DNA of 64,000 nucleotides, from the IMG/VR virus record IMGVR_UViG_3300023275_000004, positions 1-64,000 of that record; one strand, written 5' to 3'. The notes under the pieces were generated by a model that saw nothing but the letters and a program-made list of their open reading frames with translations, did not search any database and had not been told where the DNA came from. Numbering within the stretch: the stretch's first letter is position 1; the number at the start of each line of letters is the position of its first letter. The position numbers and the translations under genes were made by a program. The DNA is from a virus (taxonomy: Duplodnaviria > Caudoviricetes). Below are positions 58,562 through 64,000 of the stretch, piece by piece.

Positions 58562-59374
58562 TTACACTGGCATAAGTCCCCACGACAAGAACTCGGACAT
58601 CTGACATTGCGGCTCCTCTGGATTTAGGAAACTAAAAACTGGAGCTGAAAAATCCTTGAAGGATACAGTTGGCCTGGCTACCCAAGTCATACGTTCCGCC
58701 AAAGCTACTTCCTGCTCACCTGTCTGCTTATGAGTGTACTCGACATCCTCACTATAAGCAACCTTCCCGCTGATCGCTCCCAAAGTCTCACGATCAGAAT
58801 AGTCGTCTTCCCAGCTCAAGCCCGCCTCTTTCAACATCCTACGCTTGTCTGAGAAAGTTTTACCTAACAATTCCTTGTGACTATAAACAGAGTTGGCTGC
58901 TAGAAAGATTGCATTACGAAGAGCATCCATTTGTCTCCACAGCAAATAATTTCTTACTTCCATGGTTGAAGGAACGGTAAAAACTCTAGCATCGAAAACT
59001 GAAATCTCTGAGTCTGCACGAAGCCTGTTCCAGTAAGCTCCTGCATAACTTGCAGCCACTGAAACAATTTTCTGAGTCTTTCCAGCAAACCAGTGCTGGT
59101 GAGTTGGTCTAGATAGATCATGCATGATAATAGAAATTTCATCTGACTGCGTATAACCAAACACTGCTCCGCTGATGTTACTACAAAGATAGTTCATCAG
59201 TAGATCCATATCTAGCATAAGCTGTCTATCAAATGGCTTATCAAGGTTCCTGGTGTACGTATGGAAAGCCTTCCCATCGAGCCGTAGAACAGCCCAGGAG
59301 TTACTAGGTAGGATTGCGCCAGTTGCAGCCTCGTAGGACTTCATACGTACAGCTAGCGGGCTAGGAATAGTCAT
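58562..59374 (-). CDS. thg1: tRNA(His) guanylyltransferase Thg1-like 3'-5' polymerase
   Basis: RMKSYE, RLDGKAFH, YTQSDEIS, FDARV, WRQ.DA.RN. Confidence 0.92.
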   Translation of the reverse strand: MTIPSPLAVRMKSYEAATGAILPSNSWAVLRLDGKAFHTYTRNLDKPFDRQLMLDMDLLMNYLCSNISGAVFGYTQSDEISIIMHDLSRPTHQHWFAGKTQKIVSVAASYAGAYWNRLRADSEISVFDARVFTVPSTMEVRNYLLWRQMDALRNAIFLAANSVYSHKELLGKTFSDKRRMLKEAGLSWEDDYSDRETLGAISGKVAYSEDVEYTHKQTGEQEVALAERMTWVARPTVSFKDFSAPVFSFLNPEEPQCQMSEFLSWGLMPV

Positions 59375-59781
59375 CAGGCATCCCTCAGAGCGTTACGAAT
59401 AAGAATAATCGGATCAATGTTACGAGGAGTTTCGACCTTCTCCGGATTAAAAATTTCATCCTCCAGCATAGGATGCTGCTGGATTTTCTGCCAGACCTTG
59501 AAGCTCCACATAAGCCAATCCTCCAAGTCCTTAGCCTTATTTCCATCGAGAACCATAGTTACCGTAGTAACTACGGACTTTTCTACCATCACTGAGCCCA
59601 TAACTTTTTCCTTTTCCAACTCTTCACAATACTCACACGGATAAGCCTGCTTAACATCCCCCAACTTTACTGGACAATCCTTGTGCCCGTACTTGCACCC
59701 ATGATCTTTACAGCAGTGCGTCCTACAAGCATAATGCTTGCTTCTCTGCACCGTTGCTTCAATTGCAGCGTCAGGCCACAT
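59374..59781 (-). CDS. Cys/His-rich hypothetical protein
   Basis: HCC..HGCKYG...CPV......YPCEYC. Confidence 0.55.
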   Translation of the reverse strand: MWPDAAIEATVQRSKHYACRTHCCKDHGCKYGHKDCPVKLGDVKQAYPCEYCEELEKEKVMGSVMVEKSVVTTVTMVLDGNKAKDLEDWLMWSFKVWQKIQQHPMLEDEIFNPEKVETPRNIDPIILIRNALRDA

Positions 59782-59862
59782 GACGGAACTCCTCTCAACG
59801 TAAAACTCCCGTGCTTTCTACTGTACTAGCAGAAAGCACGGGAGTCAAGTAAAACGTTAGGA

Positions 59863-60120
59863 TCAGGTGAAGGCTACTGCCACGATGCCCACGATAAGTA
59901 GGCAGACCAGCGCGCCCTTAAGGAACTGAGAGCGTCGCAGCCAGTAGGCCACAAAAGCAGCCAGGAACAGGATAACGATAATCTTCATCGTGTCGGGTGA
60001 CATGTGAGTGATCCAGTGAGAAAACTTCTCCGCCCAACCCAGACCATCGCTAGATGATGGAGCATGAATGTCAGGCTTCGGAATGTCAACAGTGTAGAAG
60101 CTCAAGGTATTACCTCCCAA
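59863..60120 (-). CDS. Membrane protein
   Basis: Two C-terminal TM helices. Confidence 0.5.
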   Translation of the reverse strand: MGGNTLSFYTVDIPKPDIHAPSSSDGLGWAEKFSHWITHMSPDTMKIIVILFLAAFVAYWLRRSQFLKGALVCLLIVGIVAVAFT

Positions 60121-60500
60121 ATTTTTGTATCTTCGTAGCTACCATCATAGCGCATGTTGCTGAAATTTACAACATACTCATTAGGTATGATCCAGTTTGG
60201 AAAGATATGTTCTACAGAGGCATAGACATTTTCAGAGACACGAACTACTAGGCCCGGCTCAAGATCAAAAGTATTCACCTCAGTAAAATTTGCCATAATC
60301 AGCGCCTCGGAAGGTGAGGAGCTGTCCAGGTCTTGGACACTCCTGCGCACTTCAGGCCGTTACGGTCTCGCCAGCCTCTACGTGGGATGAAAAACACCTC
60401 AGTGTTGCAGGTCGTGCAGCGAGTGGTGGTCGGGAGCTTGATCAGTGTAGTCTGCATTGCTTCCTCCTCGTTGTTGGCGATGAGTAAAGCTTACACTAGC

Positions 60501-60845
60501 TCACTCCGGAGTGTCAAGCTCTTCTTCGATACCGACTGTACGTCTCAGTTCATCTACGAAGGGCTGTAGACGTTCATCCTCCTGGTCAGAATTTTCCATA
60601 AAGTGCGCCAAAGCATCAGCTAGAGCATTTAATTTCAATCTAGTAGCTTCGTCAACACCAGCACTCTTAGCTGCTTGGTAAGAGGAGATGTGTCCTACAA
60701 AGTTGGCGTAGATAGAGACCATGACAACAAACGTAATAGAATTTTTCCATAGAGTTACCCCTGGAATGACAAGTAAGGCCCACAAGCCCGAAAGAGCTAG
60801 GTGGACCTTAATTGCTGTCATATGTCTAGCATAAAAGAGTCTCAT
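60501..60845 (-). CDS. Membrane protein
   Basis: Two TM helices, SIYANFVGH motif. Confidence 0.55.
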   Translation of the reverse strand: MRLFYARHMTAIKVHLALSGLWALLVIPGVTLWKNSITFVVMVSIYANFVGHISSYQAAKSAGVDEATRLKLNALADALAHFMENSDQEDERLQPFVDELRRTVGIEEELDTPE

Positions 60846-60852
60846 ACACTAC

Positions 60853-61479
60853 CTATCGGTAGCGAGGGTAGTTCCTGTTAGGTAAGCCTGACCTGCGCTG
60901 AAGCTTTCTTTCTGAATTGTAGTGTCTGAGCATGACCTTCTCATAAAATTCATAGAACGATCCTACTCGTCTACGGTACTCGCCTGGCCCGTTTTGATTA
61001 TAGGGACGATCAACTAAGTAAGCTTCTACTCCTACTGCCTCTAGAGCATCATAGTTTTTGAGGTTATCTTCAAGAAAAATATCTGTGGGAACTGAAGTCT
61101 TATCCTTGGTAAATGTCAAGCTATCATATTCTATGCCGACAGACTCAAAAAAGTGCTTCGTAGCTTCCTCTGAAGATAACTGTTTTCCAGAGAACCTGTT
61201 AGTTACGATATGAATCGTATTCCCAGCCGCTCTCATATGACGAATGTAGTCAGGAATATTGTCGTCGTATAGCTCTCCTTGCCAGAACAGCTTTTTGCTG
61301 TCTACCAGATCGTCCATATGACTGCAAAACTCTTCAGCGGTATATCCGTACTTAGTGAAGTAGTCCCATACCTCAGGGTGGCTCTCAACCTCTACTTCGT
61401 GTCCTAGGCTAGCTAGGTGCTCGTTATACACACTGAAAAATTTATACAGCACTCCGTCAGAATCTAGCCCTACTCTCAA
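60853..61479 (-). CDS. 5'(3')-deoxyribonucleotidase (HAD, NT5C-like)
   Basis: GLDSDGVL, IVTNR, FLEDN, RPYN. Confidence 0.8.
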   Translation of the reverse strand: MRVGLDSDGVLYKFFSVYNEHLASLGHEVEVESHPEVWDYFTKYGYTAEEFCSHMDDLVDSKKLFWQGELYDDNIPDYIRHMRAAGNTIHIVTNRFSGKQLSSEEATKHFFESVGIEYDSLTFTKDKTSVPTDIFLEDNLKNYDALEAVGVEAYLVDRPYNQNGPGEYRRRVGSFYEFYEKVMLRHYNSERKLQRRSGLPNRNYPRYR

Positions 61480-61488
61480 GATTTCTCC

Positions 61489-61728
61489 TTAATCAATGAC
61501 TGGCTTTCCTTCAAGGAATCGCTGAACGTCTGAGGTGTAATAAACCCAGCCATGCGGCCCGCATCCTGATGGCTCGTAGGTCGAGGCTTCATGGTCATAT
61601 TGGTAGCCGTTGCACTCGGTGAAAGTTTGACCGCGCATCCAACAGAAAAACTCTTTCTTCAACTCAGGACTAAAAATATCTCCGAGTTGACTGTAGGGGT
61701 AGCCAAGCTTACAAATTGGTGCCTGCAT
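61489..61728 (-). CDS. Hypothetical protein
   Basis: 79 aa, GGAGG RBS. Confidence 0.5.
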   Translation of the reverse strand: MQAPICKLGYPYSQLGDIFSPELKKEFFCWMRGQTFTECNGYQYDHEASTYEPSGCGPHGWVYYTSDVQRFLEGKPVID

Positions 61729-61804
61729 ACTTCCTCCAAAGTAAAACGCCCTTACCGATAAGTCAAAGACTATCAGGAAGGGCGCTACATGTCAAACTGG
61801 AAAG

Positions 61805-61880
61805 GGTGACTGACGAGATTTGAACTCGCGGTCTCTAGGGTCACAACCTAGCGCTTTAACCAGACTAAGCTACAGCCACC
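61805..61880 (-). tRNA. tRNA-His(GTG) with genomically encoded G-1 and C73
   Basis: CTAGG-TT GTG AC-CCTAG; G-GTGGCTG / CAGTCAC-C. Confidence 0.9.
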
Positions 61881-61973
61881 ATTCGGAAATTCCTCGGTGC
61901 CAGTTCACCATAGGAGAAATTTCCTTTGTCTCTGGTCTTCTACTAGAGGATGTGAAACCTCCAACCAGCTACG

Positions 61974-62047
61974 CTGCCCGACTAGGACTCGAACCTAGAA
62001 ACACCGGAGTCAAAGGCCGGGGACTTTGCCAATTCGTCTACCGGGCA
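61974..62047 (-). tRNA. tRNA-Gln(TTG)
   Basis: CCGGC-CT TTG AC-TCCGG (31-39 mismatch); U1-A72, G73. Confidence 0.85.
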
Positions 62048-62205
62048 TAGTGTCCGACCATCGAAATAATCCAGTATCAAGCTAGCCTCACTTGACTTAA
62101 ATCATTCGGAGGGGGCATGTCGTCTCGCACCTATTCCCTCATTTTATATGAAATTAGCTGTGCGCTAAGCACATTTAAGAGATTGCCTTTCCCACTACTT
62201 TCAAG

Positions 62206-62277
62206 CTCTCCGACCTGGACTCGAACCAAGATTAAGGGATTCAGAGTCCCTTGTGCTACCCATTACACTATCGGAGA
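62206..62277 (-). tRNA. tRNA-Gln(CTG)
   Basis: AGGGA-CT CTG AA-TCCCT. Confidence 0.9.
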
Positions 62278-62564
62278 ATAAAGACTTTAAGGCTTTCATC
62301 TGTGCGGTGGCTGCTGTGCGAAGCTTTGGACACTTCGTTACCAGAATGACGTTTAATGAAGGGCTGCTATCCTTCAGAAAACCAGCCTAATGCGAGCAGT
62401 TGACGGCTACCCATGTGCTAATCGCCTTGTAGTCCTAGCTGCTATCCAGTGACTCCATCTAAATGAGAATGAGTTTGCTAGCAGGCTAAATAATAAGCGC
62501 CTTGTAAGCCCACCGAAGGGTAGCTAATCCTCCTGTACTTACATCCCCTCTTATTATTATCGCG

Positions 62565-62637
62565 TCGGGTATGAAGGACTCGAACCTTCCGCCTCCGGAC
62601 TCCAAGACCGGCCGTCTTCCCCATGACCTAATACCCG
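62565..62637 (-). tRNA. tRNA-Pro(TGG), variant
   Basis: CCGGT-CT TGG AG-TCCGG; C1-G72, A73. Confidence 0.75.
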
Positions 62638-62655
62638 GTAAACCTTATAAGTACG

Positions 62656-62729
62656 TCGGGATGACAGGATTTGAACCTGCGACATCTTGCTCCCAAAGCA
62701 AGCGCGCTACCAAACTGCGCCACATCCCG
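62656..62729 (-). tRNA. tRNA-Pro(TGG)
   Basis: CTTGC-TT TGG GA-GCAAG; canonical cloverleaf. Confidence 0.92.
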
Positions 62730-62731
62730 AT

Positions 62732-62815
62732 TGTAAGCAATCAGTAGGACTCGAACCTACAACCCCCGGCTTACCATGCCCGGCGCTCTGCCTTTGAGGC
62801 GTACAACTGCTTACA
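62732..62815 (-). tRNA. Non-canonical tRNA-like RNA (possible Thr-GGT, bulged anticodon stem, extended acceptor helix)
   Basis: T-arm GTAGG-TTCGAGT-CCTAC; CCGG(G)C-ATGGTAA-GCCGG; terminal helix TGTAAGCAGTTG/TGATTGCTTACA. Confidence 0.55.
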
Positions 62816-62830
62816 TGCTTAATACTACTC

Positions 62831-63130
62831 TTACTCTGTACCTTCTGTCAACTCTTCATCCGTAAGAAGCTTTGGACTCAGAATGTTTGTGTACTCATGC
62901 CAAGCCTGCGAGATAGCAAAATATGTTAGCAGGATGTCAATAACTATCCAAAATTCTCGGGTCAGAACAAAATATCTAGTTGGAGGAAAAAACACATCCC
63001 ACACTAACGAAAGTGTCCAACACACAGTCCAGAAGATATTCCACTTGATAGCTCTACGCTGTTTCGGAGAAATAAACTTCCATTGAATCTTAGCCCGAGC
63101 TAGATTCCATTCGACTGCGGTCTTTACCAT
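62831..63130 (-). CDS. Membrane protein
   Basis: Two TM helices. Confidence 0.5.
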   Translation of the reverse strand: MVKTAVEWNLARAKIQWKFISPKQRRAIKWNIFWTVCWTLSLVWDVFFPPTRYFVLTREFWIVIDILLTYFAISQAWHEYTNILSPKLLTDEELTEGTE

Positions 63131-63768
63131 GGCAGGCAGACTCCCTTAGTAGTGCAAGTGAGTAGACCCATGTGAGTATAGTAGTTCAAGCAAGAAAACA
63201 CTAGGAAGAAAACTCCAACTGTATTCCAACCATATCTAACTAACTTAATAAGTGTTCCATCGGTTACTGTAAAAGGAAGAGCCAGACAAGATAGTGCTGC
63301 AATTAGGTAGATAATTCCAAAGGTTGTATTTTCCCAGCCATGGAACTGTCCAGAAATTGGCTCCATCGAAGGAGCGTCACCAACTACATTAAATCTGAAA
63401 ATTGCTGCGGAGCAAGATAACAACATTAGACCAACTGCTGCGACTATCCAAATGAAAACTCTACCATTGATTTTAATCCTTCTAGTGGAATTTACTACTA
63501 GGAAGGTACCACCAGTGATTGCTAACATCCCAAGAATCAAACTTGGTTCCGCAAAAAGAATGTTGATCGGTAGATTTACCTTAAGGGGCCAAGTTGTTGC
63601 CATAAGAAAAGATAACACCGTTAGTGGCACTCCAGCAACAAGTAGTCCGTATCCATGAACTGTAGAAGAAAGCCTTTCAAAAGATCCTTGCGAAAGCTTT
63701 AGAATGTTTGATGTGATTAGTAGCACAAGCGCTGCGCAAAATCCCATCATGGTATTGTAAAGAATCAT
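63124..63768 (-). CDS. DUF981-like multi-pass membrane protein
   Basis: YNTMMG, MATTWPL, NILFAEPSL, EPISG; about six TM helices. Confidence 0.7.
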   Translation of the reverse strand: MILYNTMMGFCAALVLLITSNILKLSQGSFERLSSTVHGYGLLVAGVPLTVLSFLMATTWPLKVNLPINILFAEPSLILGMLAITGGTFLVVNSTRRIKINGRVFIWIVAAVGLMLLSCSAAIFRFNVVGDAPSMEPISGQFHGWENTTFGIIYLIAALSCLALPFTVTDGTLIKLVRYGWNTVGVFFLVFSCLNYYTHMGLLTCTTKGVCLPW

Positions 63769-63799
63769 AGTTTTCTGCTCTCTTTCAATTTTACTAACG

Positions 63800-63875
63800 T
63801 GGTGAGTACAGGAATCGAACCTGTGAACCTCTCGGGTTTCAACCGAGCGCTCTGACCAGTCTGAGCTAACTCACC
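63800..63875 (-). tRNA. tRNA-Phe(GAA)
   Basis: CTCGG-TT GAA AC-CCGAG. Confidence 0.9.
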
Positions 63876-63966
63876 ATTACTGGTAGTTGTAGCGGTCCGC
63901 CTTCCTATCTACCAGTATCCCTTAACTCAAGTCGATAAGCGGACATGTGAACTTGAGCTTACAGCG

Positions 63967-64000
63967 TAGAGCTAGAGGGAATTGAACCCTCACTACGAGA
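63967..64000 (-). tRNA. 3' half of a tRNA truncated by the window edge
   Basis: GAGGG-TTCAATT-CCCTC T-arm and acceptor 3' strand. Confidence 0.7.

Noticed and set aside
52884-63960. Theta/HDV-like, hammerhead, twister or pistol ribozymes in tRNA trailers; tmRNA; RNase P RNA
   Set aside because: I could not find the catalytic consensus elements by eye (no CUGANGA/GAAA core, no HDV P3-loop pattern after tRNA ends, no tmRNA or RNase P termini); a cmscan is still advisable
1-64000. Stop-codon reassignment or prophage status
   Set aside because: Long genes are intact in the standard bacterial code, no suppressor tRNA was seen, and no integrase, att site or host flank is visible in the window

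Overview
This is a 64-kb slice of a large, apparently lytic dsDNA tailed phage that most likely infects an actinobacterium. The host call rests on many leaderless sigma70/HrdB-type promoters and on ThyX, DUF6011, Excalibur and MmpS-like genes. No integrase, rRNA or CRISPR array was seen. Layout from left to right: (1) 0.1-1.4 kb, membrane/secreted genes. (2) 2.3-17.6 kb, a minus-strand head module transcribed as 265-aa head-associated protein > terminase large subunit > DUF935/Mu-gp29-like portal > 2348-aa giant protein > two small translationally coupled ORFs > Mu-I-like protease/scaffold > decoration protein > major capsid protein > EndoVII-type nuclease. (3) 18-23 kb, HIT hydrolase, methyltransferases, a papain-like amidase and two glycosyltransferases. 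(4) 23-27.5 kb, DnaX plus an RNA-repair trio (Rnl1 ligase, RlaP-type nucleotidyltransferase, Pnkp). (5) 27.7-32 kb, many micro-ORFs for membrane peptides. (6) 32-33.2 kb, a repeat-rich non-coding convergence point that may be a genome terminus, pac site or origin. (7) 33-47 kb, an array of short early genes, many with their own hairpin-embedded promoter and a shared leader. (8) 47-64 kb, ThyX, a C-terminal-only SbcC-like ATPase, SbcD, DnaN, a Cas4-like nuclease, Thg1 and two tRNA clusters. Three observations stand out. First, the giant protein at the MuF position carries a HipA-like kinase and a DarT-like ADP-ribosyltransferase and shares an N-terminal motif with the portal C-terminus, suggesting a virion-loaded effector with two candidate immunity genes. 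Second, the tRNA clusters are interleaved with non-canonical tRNA-like RNAs (one with three T-arms) and compact pseudoknot or kissing-loop RNAs that tRNA processing could release. Third, the early region is built as a cassette-like promoter-stem-loop array. All family assignments come from motif recognition by eye; no searches or folding programs were run.
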